A stretch of 64,000 nt of DNA from Anaeramoeba ignava BMAN (Eukaryota > Protista > Anaeramoebae): contig JAPDFW010000104.1 of assembly GCA_028826165.1 (NCBI GenBank), positions 124,001-188,000 of the forward strand, read 5' to 3'. The notes beneath the pieces were generated by a model. It did no database searches. It saw nothing but the letters and a program-made list of their open reading frames with translations, and was not told the DNA's origin. Shown here one piece after another: positions 1 to 13,300 of the stretch (the stretch's first letter is position 1; each line of letters opens with the position of its first letter). Both the position numbers and the translations under genes were made by a program.

Positions 1-131
1 TTGTTTAATCTTTTTATCATATTGTGGTGTACTTCTTGTTCTCAATATGCCTGGACCAAATGGCTAAAAAAAATTTAATCCAAAAATTCATTTTTCAAAT
101 TAAATTTTTCATTTTTAATTTTAATTTAAAA

Positions 132-3100
132 ATGAATTCAATTTTTCTCGCAATAAAAAATAACGAAATTTCATTTGTTAAACATTTTTTACAAGAAAAA
201 GAAATTATAAATTCAATAAATGTAAAAGAAAATAAAAGAAAATAAAAGAAAGAATTTAAATTAAATTAAATTGTTTTTGTTTAAAAGAATGTAAAAAAAT
301 TGATTTAGAAATTGATTTAGAAATTGATTTAGAAATTAATTTAAAAATTGATTTATAAATTAAAATTGATTTAAAAATAATTTAAAATTTATTTAAAATT
401 AATTTAAAAATTTATTTAAAAAAAATTTATTTAAAAATTTATTTAAAAATTTATTTAGAAATTAAAAATTAATTAAATAAATTTAAAAATAAATTTAAAA
501 ATAAATTTTTAAAAAAATTTAAAAAATTTAAAAATTTATTTAAAAATTAATTTAAAAATTTATTTAAAAATGATTTAAAAAATTTAAAAATTCTATTTAA
601 AAAATTTATAAATAAATTTAAAAATTTATTTAAAAAATTTAAAATTTAAAAAAAAAAATTTATTTAGAAAAATAAAATTTATTTAAAAATAAAAATTTAT
701 TTAAAAATTGATTTAAAAATTGATTTAAAATTTATTTAAAAATTTATTTAAAATTTATTTAAAAATTGATTTAAAAATTTATTTAAAAATTTATTTAAAA
801 AATTTATTTAGAAATTGATTTAAATAAATTATAAAAAATTTATTTAAAATTGATTTTAAAAATTATTTAAATAAATTTAGAAATTGATTTAAAAATTTAA
901 AAATTGATTTAGAAATAGATTTAAAAATTGATTTAAAAATTGATTTAAAATTTATTTAAAAATTGATTTAAAAATTTATTTAGAAATTTAATTTAAAATT
1001 GATTTAAACTTTGATCATATTTAAAATTTAATTTAAAAATTGATTTAAAAATGATGGAAAATTGATTTAAAAATTTAATTTAAAAATTCATTTTTCATTA
1101 AAAATTTTTCATTTTTTCATTTTTCATTTTTAATTTTTAATTTAAAAATTGATTTAAAAATTTATTTAAAAATTTATTTAAAATTTATTTAAAAATTGAT
1201 TTAACGAAATTAGAATTTTATTTAAACATTTTTAAACAATTTAAAAAGAAATTTAAAAATTCAATTTAAAAAAATTTAAAAAGATTTAAAAATTGATTTA
1301 AAAGAATTTAAAAGAAAAGAATTTAAAATTAAATTAAAAAAATTGTTTAAAAATTAATTTAAAAATTGATTTAGAAATTTATTTAAAAATTGATTTAAAA
1401 ATTGATTTAGAAATTGATTTAAAAATTGATTTAAAAATTGATTTAAAAATTTATTTAAAAATTTATTTAAAAATTGATTTAAAAATTGATTTAAAAATTG
1501 ATTTAAAAATTGATTTAAAAATTGATTTAAAATTGATTTAAAAATTGATTTAAAAATAAATTTAAAAGGAAGTAAAAAAGAAATTGTTTTGAAAATTGTT
1601 TTTAAAAATTTAAATTTTATAATATTTTTAAATTTAAGTCTGAAACACCTTTACATGTTGCTTGTTATAATAATTCTTCAATAGAAATAATAAAATTATT
1701 ATTAGAATCAGGAGCAAATATTAATTCAAAAACAGTAAAAATATTTTTAGTTTTATATAAAAAAGGAATTTAATTCAAAAATTATTTATTTTTATTAAAA
1801 AAAATAGAAAGTAAAAAAAAGGAAAACAATATTTATATATTTATATATTTTATATTTAAATTTAAATTTAAATTTTTAGGAAGTTAAACAAACTCTATTC
1901 ATTTTGATTTTTATTTATTTATTTATTTATTAATTATAATAATTTATTTAGAATGAAACACCATTTCATTATGCAGCAAAGAAATCAAATTCTGAAATTC
2001 TTCAATTACTAATTACTTTTGGAGCAAATGTTAATGAAGAAGGAGTAATTTTGTTATTCTTTCTTTTCTTTCTTAAAATTTATTTTCAAAAATTAAATAG
2101 AAAGTAAAAATATTTCAAATGAAAATATTTCAAATGAAAATATTCAAATTTAATTTTTAGATGGTAAATTTTAGTTTAAAATTTTAGTTTAAAATTCATT
2201 TTGAAATTAAAATTAAAATATAGAAAAATTCACCATTACATTATGCTTGTGCAAATCAAACAAAATATGATAAAATTAAAATATTATTAGATGCTTCTGC
2301 TGAAATTAATAAAGAAAATGTACTTAGAATCTTAAAATTCATTTATAAAATTAAAATTAAAATTCATTTATAAAATTAAAATTCATTTATAAAATTAAAA
2401 TTAAAATCAAAATTAAAATTAAAATTAAAATTAAAATTAAAATTAAAATTAAAATTAAAATTAATATTAAAATTAAAATTCATTGTTATTTTAAAAAATA
2501 TTATTTTATTAGGTTGTAAATATTTCTTTTTTTTTCTTTTGATAAAACAAATATATTTAGTTTTAAAATTTCTTTAGCATGTAAAAAATTTTATTTAAAA
2601 TGAAAATATTCCATTTATTATGAATCAAAATTTAGGGATATACTCCTTTACATGTAGCTTGTATGTTTAATGCTACATCTAAAGAAGTTCAACTTTTATT
2701 ATCTAATGGAGCAGATACAACAAAACAAAATGTAAAAAAAAAATATAACAAGTTTAATAAAAAGAATTATTATATTAATAAAAAGAAATTTTATAGACTG
2801 TAAAAATTTTAATTATTATTATTATTATTAAAATAATTTAAAAAATTAATTCGAAATTTTCTAAAGTATGTAATAAAATATTTTAAAAATAAAATAGTTT
2901 ATTAATTATATATTTATTTACTTATTAATAAAAGGGTGATACTCCTTTGCATTATGCTTGTTTTTATAAAGCTGAAATTGAAGTTGTTAGAATTTTAATT
3001 GAAAATAAATCTGATCTTAATTCTAAAGGAGTAAATTTGAAATATTTCATCATCTTCTTTAAAAAAAATACATATAAATATAATTAATTTATATATTTAA

Positions 3101-4312
3101 TTATTAGCAAGTAATTATTTTTTAATTTCTTTGTTTTTATTTTTAAAATTTTCTTTTTTGAAATTAATTTTAGTTTGTAACCAAAAAAAAACAAAAAGAA
3201 TTTTAATTTTAATTTTAATTTTAATTTTAATTTTAATTTTAGCAAGAAACTCCTTTACATTATGCTTGTAAATCTAAAACATCAGTTGAAGTAATTGAAT
3301 TATTAATTAAATCAGGTTCTAATGTTAATGCAATTCAAGTAAATTAAATTAAATTAAATTAAATTAAATTATTTTGTTTTTTAAAATTCAAAGAAAAAGG
3401 ATAATTAAATCAAATGATAAATTTTTAAGGAAGTAATTATAATTATAAATATAAATATAAATTTTTAGAATTAATTTATAAATAAATTATATATAAATAT
3501 CAAAAAGGATGTAAATTTTTATTTTCCAAAATTGAAAAAATTTAAAAATTTTAAATTTTAAAATGATATAGAAAAATACTCCTTTAATTTATGCATGTAA
3601 ATTACCAATAATTCCAGAAGTAATTTCTTTATTAATAAAAAATGGTGCTTCTGTAAATTCTCAAAATGTAAAATTTGAAAACAAAATAATATTTTCTCAT
3701 TAAAAATTTAAACTATTAAAAAATTTAAAAGAAAGTAAAAATTTTTAATAAAAAATTAAAGAATAAATTTAATTTAAAAGAAAAATTATAAATAATAAAT
3801 TAGTCTGTAAATAATTTTCAAATTAAAAAAAAGAAAAAGAAAAGAAATTCATTTTTATATTGAAATTTATATAAAAAAGGGGAATACTCCTTTAATAATT
3901 GCTTGTTTAGATAATAATGCAAAAGATGTTATTGAATTATTACTTCAATCAGGAGCAGATCCAACAATTATGAATGTAAAAAATTTAAAAAAAATTTAAT
4001 TAAAAATTTAATTTAAAAATTTAATTTAATTTAAAAAATTTTTAAAAAAGGATGTTTGTTTTTAAATTATAGTTTTGTTCCACTTTTTTTTTTTATAAAG
4101 TTTTTATTGATTTTTTAAATTTATTTTTTTTAAATAGAGAGTAAAATTAAAATTAAAATTAAAATTAAAATTAAAATTAATTTTTTATTTTATTTAAAAT
4201 TTTGTTTTGTTTTGTTTTTTTGTTTTTTTAGGGAGATCTTGCAATAGAAATGACTGATAATTCAGAAATTCAACAAAAACTTCTTGAATTTTCTAAAAAG
4301 AAAGAAAATTAA
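132..4312 (+). CDS. Ankyrin-repeat protein (about 329 aa; N-cap, 8 internal repeats, C-cap), 28 exons including 18 three-nucleotide microexons
   Basis: Hand-translated large exons: 132-221 MNSIFLAIKNNEISFVKHFLQEKEIINSIN; 1639-1734 SETPLHVACYNNSSIEIIKLLLESGANINSKT; 1952-2044 NETPFHYAAKK..GANVNEEG; 2224-2319 KNSPLHYAC..; 2636-2731 GYTPLHVAC..; 2935-3030 GDTPLHYAC..; 3243-3338 QETPLHYAC..; 3572-3667 KNTPLIYAC..; 3880-3975 GNTPLIIAC..GADPTIMN; 4232-4312 GDLAIEMT..KEN*. All internal exons are bounded by AG/GT in phase 0 and carry the TPLH..GADVN ankyrin consensus. Confidence 0.95.
288..4140 (+). other. 18 candidate 3-nt microexons (two per inter-repeat gap)
   Basis: AG|NNN|GT at 288-290 AAT(N), 1569-1571 GAA(E); 1808-1810 AAA(K), 1880-1882 GAA(E); 2101-2103 AAA(K), 2161-2163 ATG(M); 2513-2515 GTT(V), 2578-2580 CAT(H); 2797-2799 ACT(T), 2867-2869 TAT(Y); 3108-3110 CAA(Q), 3174-3176 TTT(F); 3430-3432 GAA(E), 3508-3510 GAT(D); 3732-3734 AAA(K), 3804-3806 TCT(S); 4051-4053 GAT(D), 4138-4140 AGA(R). 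None is a stop codon. Confidence 0.88.
291..1568 (+). repeat. Degenerate 11-12-mer AT minisatellite (AAAAATTGATTT / AAAAATTTATTT) filling ankyrin intron 2 (1278 nt)
   Basis: Repeated units are directly visible and lie between the microexons at 288-290 and 1569-1571. Confidence 0.85.
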
Positions 4313-4355
4313 AAAATTTCAATAAAATTCATAAAATCATAAAATCAAATTTAAA

Positions 4356-7300
4356 TTATTTTTGTTTAAAACAATCATCACAAATTCTTGTTGGAGTAAA
4401 ATAATGAAATTCAATTAATTTTTTTCTATGTTGACTACAAGAATCACAAACAACACGACCACAAATTCTACAATGATGTTTTTTTGATTTACTTTGTAAA
4501 TGAGTTGAACAAATTTGACAATTTTGAATTTCTTTTTTTGGAACCCAATGTCCTTTAATTCCTTTTTGAGGAAGACTTAAAACATTTAAATTTTTTGATG
4601 AATCTGAAAAAAATAATTTTTGATTATCATTTGAAACTAATAAAGATGTAATTGAATTTCCAGGAGAGAAAATTTCCCAACGAGTAATAAGTTTTCTTGA
4701 AAAAATAAATTCATTTTGAATTTGAATTTGATTTTGATTTTGATTTTGAATTTGATTTTGATTTTGATTTTCATTTTGATTTTGATTTTGATTTTCTTTT
4801 TCATTTTCATTTTGATTTTGATTTTGATTTTGAATTTGATTTTCTTTTTCATTTTCTTTTTCATTTTGATTTTCTTTTTCTTTTTCATTTTCTTTTATAT
4901 TTTCATTTATATTTTCTTTTTCTTTTTCTTTTTCTTTTCTTTTTCATTTTGATTTTCATTTTTATTTTTCTTTTTCATTTTGATTTTCATTTATATTTTC
5001 ATTTCCTTTTTCTTTTTCTTTTTCATTTTGATTTTCTTTTATATTTTCTTTTTCTTTTTCTTTTTCTTTTTCTTTTCTTTTATATTTTGAATTTGTCTTT
5101 TACGTTCAATACTCCAAATACGAATTGTTCCGTTTTTATGACCTGTAATATAAATATGATCATCAACATACTCATGAAGTCTTGTCATTTCAATAGAAGT
5201 AATTTCATCAGAAATTTTATTAATCAAACTAGTTTGAGCCAAAAGTAAACCATTAATAGTCCAAATTTTAAAATGAATAGAACTACAAACAACAATTTCA
5301 CCACTTAATTGATTAATATCAATAAAAGATATTGCAGAATCATATCCTTTAAGTTCTCTAACAAACTCGTAAGAATTCATATCCCAAATAAAGCATCTGC
5401 AATCCTTTCCACCAGTAACAATAACAGAAAATGCTCTTGAAATACAAATTGCAGTAATTTCCTTTGTATGTCCATATAATCTTTTATCTTCAATAAAATC
5501 AACTGAATCCTTTGTTGTTTTTTTCTCAACAATTTTCCAAATTTTAACAACACAATCCTTTCCTCCAGAAACAAGTAGAGTTCCATCTTCAGAAACTGAA
5601 ACTGTTGTTATTTTCCCGTTGTGTAAATTTTCTTTAATTCCAACCAAACGTTCAGTTTCATAATTTGAGGTTCTCAAACTCCAATCTGCTGCTCCCCAAG
5701 AAAGTGTTTTAACTCCATTCTTAGTGTTTAAGATCGCGCAATCTTTTTCCACACAATAAATGCGATCCTTAAAATTTCTAATTTGATAAATGGGATTTTG
5801 GAATTGCTTGATAACCTGATTTTTCAATAAATTGGGATATGTATGTATTCCATATTGAGATTCCAAACTCGACATTTTGCGACTTGGATGTGGTTTTTTA
5901 AATAGTTGTTTTGGTGTTTGTCCGAAATTATTGATTTGAGAGAGAATTCCATGGGTATTTGCTCTATCCTCTTTGATTTGCTCAAAATCAATCGAGTCTT
6001 CATATGTTAAATAGTAAAAAACATTCAAAGCTTTTTCAGCTTCGATTCCTTTTTGTTTGAATCCAAAAATCAAGTCAATCCAATGATTTAAGTTTTGTGA
6101 AACATAATTGCTTTCAAGAGCCTTTCTATGAATTCGGATAAATTCATAAGCATCTTTATTAGCCCAAGGAGGAAGAACAACATCACCCACAGCTATGTTT
6201 GTGGATTGTCTAATTCCAAAATCAAAATGATTGCTATTTAGCAAAAATTCTGGGAGATAGAAAAACTCTGGGATTAATTCTTTAACATCAGACATATTTA
6301 ATTCACTTGAAGACGAATAATTTTCTTCGATTGAATGAAACAATCGATCTGCATAATCGAATTTTCCTCCTTGAAGTCTGACGAATTGATGAGTAAACGG
6401 TTCAATACGAATAAGATAATGGAGGATTACTAATGAAGTTGAATAATGTGTTCCATAATGAAATTTTGGAATTACTGGATCTTCCCATGATTGGAATCTT
6501 TAAATATTTGAATATTTAAATATTAAATTTTTAAATTATTAAATTTTTAAATATTTTTTTTTTACCTTTCTCGGAATTTTTCTGCTCGTTTTTCTGTTAA
6601 AGCTCCCATTGGTTTTGTTAAATCACGATAAATTTTAGGATCATCTAAATCTAAAAATTCACTTTTATAATCAGATAAAATCCATGGGAAAATATGATAT
6701 TGAGTTAAATCATTATAAGTTCTTCCGGCAAGTGTGTTCAAATAAACAAGATATTCAAAATTTGTCATTTCTCCATTTTCCCACTTTCTTGTTTCTTCGC
6801 AATTACTAGAAATATTCTCTCCAAGTTCGGAACTAATTATTTTATTGGATAACTTCAGATTCTTTTCTTTCGCAACCTTTAAATCATCTTTACTCAACCT
6901 TGAATTAATAACTTTGTAAATTGAGTTTCTTTCGTAAATATTAAAGCATAAGAAGAAATTGGTTCCATTTTTCAGAAATATTTCTAGTGCCAAAGGTTGA
7001 TGAAGATATGATCTTTTCAACACATACTCGATTTGGCTAAGTTCAACTGTGATACATTGATGTCCAATAAGTGCAGTTTTTTCCGAATTGTAAATTATCG
7101 AATTAAAATTGAGTCTCTTTTTCTTCAGCATTTCTTTTGGAGTTTTTTCAATTCTTTCATTCAAAATAGTTTGTTTGCTGAAATTAAGCTGATTGAGTTT
7201 TGGAGGTTGTTCTTGTTTATTGGTCTTTGATTTCTTTTTACTTCGTGATTCTTTGGACATGATCCAATATTTCATTTTCAAAGAAGAATCTGATTCAATA

Positions 7301-10300
7301 ATTTTATCATTAGCTGCAATTTCATAATCATCAAGAATATAAATGTGATTTTGGGTTATCAGAAAGACTCCATGGAAAACATCAAGTCCAGTAATTCCTG
7401 AACAATTAAATCTTTCCAAAATTTCTTCGTCTTGCTCAAGAATATACATTTTAATTTGTTGTTCTTCCCAATTTTCAATTTTCATTTGGTTCAATTCAGT
7501 TTGTTGTTTTGGAAACGATTCCAATTTGGCTTTTTCTTCTTGGATTGTGTTTTCATTAGAGGATAATGTCGAGTTCAAATTGGGTTTATCTGCAAGATAA
7601 TTATCAATGCTTTTATATTCCGATTTGTTGTAATTTCTTTCTAATCTCAATCTAACGCGTTGAGGTCCTTCAGTGAAATTTAATTTCCAATGGATTTTAG
7701 GTTGTTGTATTTCTTGATTTGAAATTTGTTCACTTTGTCGTAATTCATACTGTTTTAATTTCCATGAAACCTCAATTCCTCTTTTAAAGGCTTGATGAGA
7801 GATGAGTTTCCTGCATATTTCGTTCTTTTCATTATCCACAAAAAACTTAAATGAGTAATTTTGTTTGTCGCTGATTACTTTCTGTTCTGAAATGTAATCT
7901 TTGTCGTTCTTGATTTGAATTTTTTTATATTTCTTTTCTCTTTGATGTGTTTTTTGATGGAAATCGTATTGGTTTCGGGATTGGATTTGGTAATTACTTC
8001 TCCATATCTTCTGGAGATTTCCTTGAAAAACGCTATTGATTTCCTTTTTGGAATTTGTTGTGAATTCTTTGAATTTCTCCTGATTTGTCATTAAGAATAA
8101 AAATCCTTCATCCAATAAATTTTTGGTTTCGCCTGATTGGTTTTTAAAAAAGAAAAATTGCCGAATAAACGCATTCATTGTTGCAATTAAAAATTTCCAA
8201 ATTACAATCCCTTGTTCCTTTAAATCTTGGTCTTCTGAGAAAATGAGCCCAAATGTTTTGAAGCAAAATGACCCAACAAAATCTGAATCTCCATTAAATG
8301 GATTGAAGATGATGCGATGAATTTCAATTACTTTTTGAAGTAATATTGATAAACTTAATGAATTTCTGCGTGATTGATTTGTAACGTTACTTTTGGATTT
8401 ATCTTTATTATCATCAGCAATAAAATTATCATCAACAACGTTAATATCCATATCCATATTCATATCCATATCCATATCCAAATCTAAATCCAAATCAACT
8501 TTATTTTTTTCATCTAAATTTTCATTTAAATTCTCATCTTCATTATTCACATTTTTCTGATCTATAACATGAACATCAACAAAATCATCAATAATTTCTG
8601 ATCCAATTTCAATTTGTTGTTCTGAATATGCAATGTATTCAGGTTGTAATAAATGTATAATAACCGCATTAAGAGATTTAAAAGAATTTTCAAGGCATAT
8701 GTTCTTACTAATTTCTTCAGAAATTGAATCAAAATTCAGAAGAGTTTCTTCTCCTAAAATTTTGGATATTATATTCGCAAGAAAATCAATTACTTCCAGT
8801 TCCATTTCTTGAAACCATCCACAAAACATTCCTGAAGTGATTCTCTGAATAATTTGACCAAAATTAACTGCAAAATTTGCATTTTGAAGTAAATAACCTT
8901 GTTTGACATGCTTCATTTTGCGAAAAAAACTCAGAAAAAATTTCTGATGAAGTTTGTTTTTGAATTTTGGAAGAGAGGATTTTTCACAAGTATATGTTAG
9001 TGAATCAAGAATAGATTCCAAAACAGAAACAGATTTCTTTGAAGGTTCTGTCATTGAAAAAACCAAAATTCGTGCTAGTAATTGAATAACATTATCCAAA
9101 ACAGGGCTTTTCAAAAGTTTTTCCATAAACATTTCTGTAATTTGACTTTCTTTTTCATCAAAATTCTTAAGATCTGGTCCGAAACTAACATCTTTTTTTG
9201 GTTCCACTGAAACAAAAACAAAAGAATTATCATCCTTATCTGAATCAGATTCTTTTTTCACAAGATATTTGATTAACTCATCAGTATGATCATCATCTGG
9301 AGAATCATCATTTAATCCATCATCTTTAAATTGATATTTTTCTGGATATTTTTCATTTTCATTTTCGTTTTCATTTTCATTTTCATTTTCATTTTCATTT
9401 TCATCATCAGTTTCTTCTGTTTTTTGCTCTGAAATTTCATTGTTCTTATTGAGAAATACTCTTGATGTAACATATTTTAGTGAAGAAGTTCTGAATTGAT
9501 GTTTTGACTAAAGTTGAAAGACGAGAAATGCTAGACGGAATTATAATACTAATCAAATCTTTAATAAAAAGAGGATTAAAACAAAGTTCTTGGAATTCTC
9601 TTTTTTTAAGATGAACAAATTGGAAAAAGATAGTGTTTCCTGAATAAGATTTGATTCTTGACTTTTATGAATATTTTCTGAATCACTTTGCTCATTTTCT
9701 TTACTCAAAACATTTTCTCCTTTGTTTTCATGAATAAGCTGATAAATTTGGTTTAATGATTGTCCCAATAATTTCAAATGAGACCTTCTTAGAATGAAAA
9801 TGATACTGTAAAACACATCAATGCAATAAATATCTTTTATGATTCCATCTCCTCGATTTATTGAATTTGACAAATTTGAAAGTTGTGTTGATGTTGTTAA
9901 TTTGGCAAATGATTTCCTTGTTTTTAATGAAGATACCATCATAATTTTCTGAAGATTTTCATTTGTAATTGAATCCATTTCCAATGTTTTCTCGATTGAA
10001 ACACCAAACATTAAACAAACTAAAAATTTTATCAATAATACATTTTGGTTCATTACTGGAAATAAAGTGTTGAGAAATTTGCTTGAGTTTGTGAAATTAG
10101 CTACGAATCGTGTGTGAGAAATGAGGATCGAAAAGATGATTTTTATAGTATAAATTGATGTCATTGATTGAGGAACTTGTTGAATAATTGTAGACATCCA
10201 ATCAACCGAGAAAAATCTGAATAATGTTTCTATTTGTTCATCTTGAGTTGTTGAGGTAACTGTGTTATAAATTTCTTTGGAGAGTAATTGAAGTTTCTGA

Positions 10301-13300
10301 TTTGGTTTAGGAATTTGAGAGAATATCAAATCATTTTCATTATTTTCATTATTTTGATTTTCATTTTGATTTTCATTTTGATTTTGATTTTGATTTTGAT
10401 TTCTAAGCTTTTTTTGTTCTAGTTTGAGTCCTTTATTCTCATTTTCAATTTGTTCAGATTCTAAATAAACAAGAAAAAGATAAATTTTTGAGATTTGAGA
10501 CAATTCATCCAATGTTGGAGAGCTTTGAAGAAAAACACGAATAAAATAGATAATTTTCATAACTAATGTCTGATTTAAATTAGGATCAATGAAAATATTT
10601 AAAAGTTGAGAAATAAGACCAACTCTTCTTAATTGGTAAATATTGAAATCTTTGTATTTATTTTCAACAAGAAAAGTGAGAAGATGATCGAAGACAGAAT
10701 TGTAAGTTTCCAGACGAGAATTTTTCCATATTTGATGATCCAAAATTAAGATTGCAATCGCATTGACATTTGAAATGACTGAATTGGGATTGAGTTGCTT
10801 TTTGCTTTCTTGGAATGTAATTAAATGGAATAGTAATTGGACAATATCAGGTGAAATTAAATCAATTTTTGTGCTTATAATTTGACCCAAAGTTCCGTAT
10901 CCATTTTCATTAACAATTTCTTGGAAGTTATAGAAGTTTGAGTTGTGAAGCTCGATAAAAACTTGGAAAAATTGTTGGAAAGCAAGAGATGTAGTTGCTT
11001 TTTCAAGTAATCGAAGACAAATACCGCATCCACCAATATTGGAAATTTGGTTTGCAAGACAATCTGCTGGGGAAATATTTGTTCCTCCTTTAACAATCCC
11101 GACAATCTGACTTGAAATATTTGTGGAGACATTTTGAAGTATAGTCTCTTTGATAGGACTTGCAGGAAATTTGGCTTTGATAAAGTGTTTGGCGTTGAAT
11201 CCAAGAAGAATTTTGTTTCTTGAAAGAGGAATCGGTGATATTGAAAGATCGAGACGAAGAACTTTGCTTCTGATATCCATTGTGTCTGGAAGGGAATCAA
11301 TATTAAAAGAGTTGATATTAGCCGGGAAATGAAGAAAACCAACAGAATTACATGCAAAAGAACCGCAATAGTGCGGACCAACAAGATAGAGTGTGAATAC
11401 ATCTTGTGATGAAATTGCTCCTTCATAAAGAAATATTTGTGATATTTTCCATTTCATATTGATTTTTGTGTTGATTTTGGGTTCCATTCCAAAATATCCC
11501 GAAAAAATGGTTTGTTGAGAGGTTGGAAGATACGACATCTTCTTTTTCTCTTTGAAAAGTCCATTCACATAAAACTTGACGATGCTTGAACGTATTTTTC
11601 TCATTGAATGGGAAATGATCAAATGATACCATCGAGATTCTTGGAATTCAAAGCTTTCAAAAACAACAAGTGATTTTGAAGAAGTCCGAAGACAGAATTT
11701 GCCATGATGAATAAAACCTTCCAAACAAACCTTACTAGATTCTTCTCCAAATCGGAAAATATTGACGATTTTTGTGTTGATTGTTGAGAAAGATTCTCCC
11801 AATGAATCAAAATAAACCCAAAAACTCAGTGTATATCCTGTCTGAGGTGGCCATATTTTCTCTTGAACAGGAGGTATTTCCACATGGCTATTCCCACACA
11901 CGCCAGTCAAATCAAATTCAATGAAAGGAGGCGATGCTCCTTCTTTCATCAAGTCAATAAGTGTTTCGATTAATGATAAAGGTATTTCTTTTTCTTCTCG
12001 AAACAACTCAAAAAATTGGTGTGTTTCATTAACAGAAAAGTGGAACGAACCAAGTTGTTTGATAATTTTCAATAAAAATGAATGCAGGGCATGTGATGGT
12101 TTCACAATCGCATCCCGATATTTGGTTAAAATGAAGGAACAGAGCTTCAACTTGGCAAATCGGGGAAGATTTTTGGGATTTAAATCCATTAAAATTAGAA
12201 TTGTAGTGATAATATCCATTTGCTTTTCAAGAGAAAGATCGCAAAGAAAATCCAGAATTAAATAAATGGGTTGAATATTTTGGATTTCAAGCTGTTTGTG
12301 GTCTTTGATCTGATTAAAAGACTTTTTGGTTATAACAAGCAATTTTGATTCTATTGCCAAATCAAATAGCAAAGTAATAAAAATAATGGCTTCTTCCATT
12401 TTCATTAAGTTTGTGAAGTTGAAAACCTCTTTCAAATACATGATTATATGCTTTTTGAAATATTTCTTGTTTTCTTGTGATCTTGCAAGTGCTTCAATTA
12501 CTACCAAAATTGCCTTTTCATATAATTTGGCGATTTTGGATGGATTTTCTTGGATATGTCTTATGGGAACAATCAAACACGTTTCAAAACCGTGTGACTC
12601 ACGAAAAATATCCAGCGATGATCTGTTTCTGTGCAGAATGTTCTTCAGTGCTTCAAACAAATATTTTTGGCTCATGATTTGTGTTTTTGGAATATTGGAA
12701 AGTTGTTCAATAATAATGGAAACGCCTTCTGCAACTTGATTTTCATTATAAATGATAATTTCTTGGAATATTTTCAATCCAATTCGACGGAAACTTGATT
12801 TTTGAATAAGATGAGAAATAAATTCCACAGAAAATATTTCAAGAAACTTCGCAATGTTTTGAGGCGATTTTTTAAGAAGTAGAAATAAATTTTTAAACTC
12901 AAGATCAAGAATTTTGCAATCCAAATCATTAGGATCATATTTCTTTTCAGTAATATGCATATTTTTGCGGATATGATCTATAATGATATCTAGTAAATTC
13001 AATGTTGATAAAATTTTTCTTAGTTCTCTTTGCAAATCCATAATTTGATAAAACAATTCAAGAATATTGATTTTTGTTGATAAAGAGGAATCAGATAAAA
13101 TTTGAACCAATAATTTCAACTCTGGGAATGCTTGATCAATAACAACAAATTGATTAACTATTTCAAGAACCAATTTCTAAAAAAAAATATATAAATATAA
13201 AAATATAAAAATATAAAAATATATAAATATAAAAATTTTTACTTGTGTTTCTGATGAGAATCCTTTATCAAATTTCTCCATAATTTCATATAAACATTCG

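Noticed and set aside
1-92. Possible start of a divergent minus-strand gene (ATG at about 92, MNFWIKFFLAI..)
   Set aside because: It hits a stop in frame as assembled and is truncated by the window edge, so it cannot be supported.
4071-4078. AG-TTTT-GT as a third microexon in the last ankyrin gap
   Set aside because: A 4-nt exon would shift the frame and leave an upstream intron of only about 19 nt.
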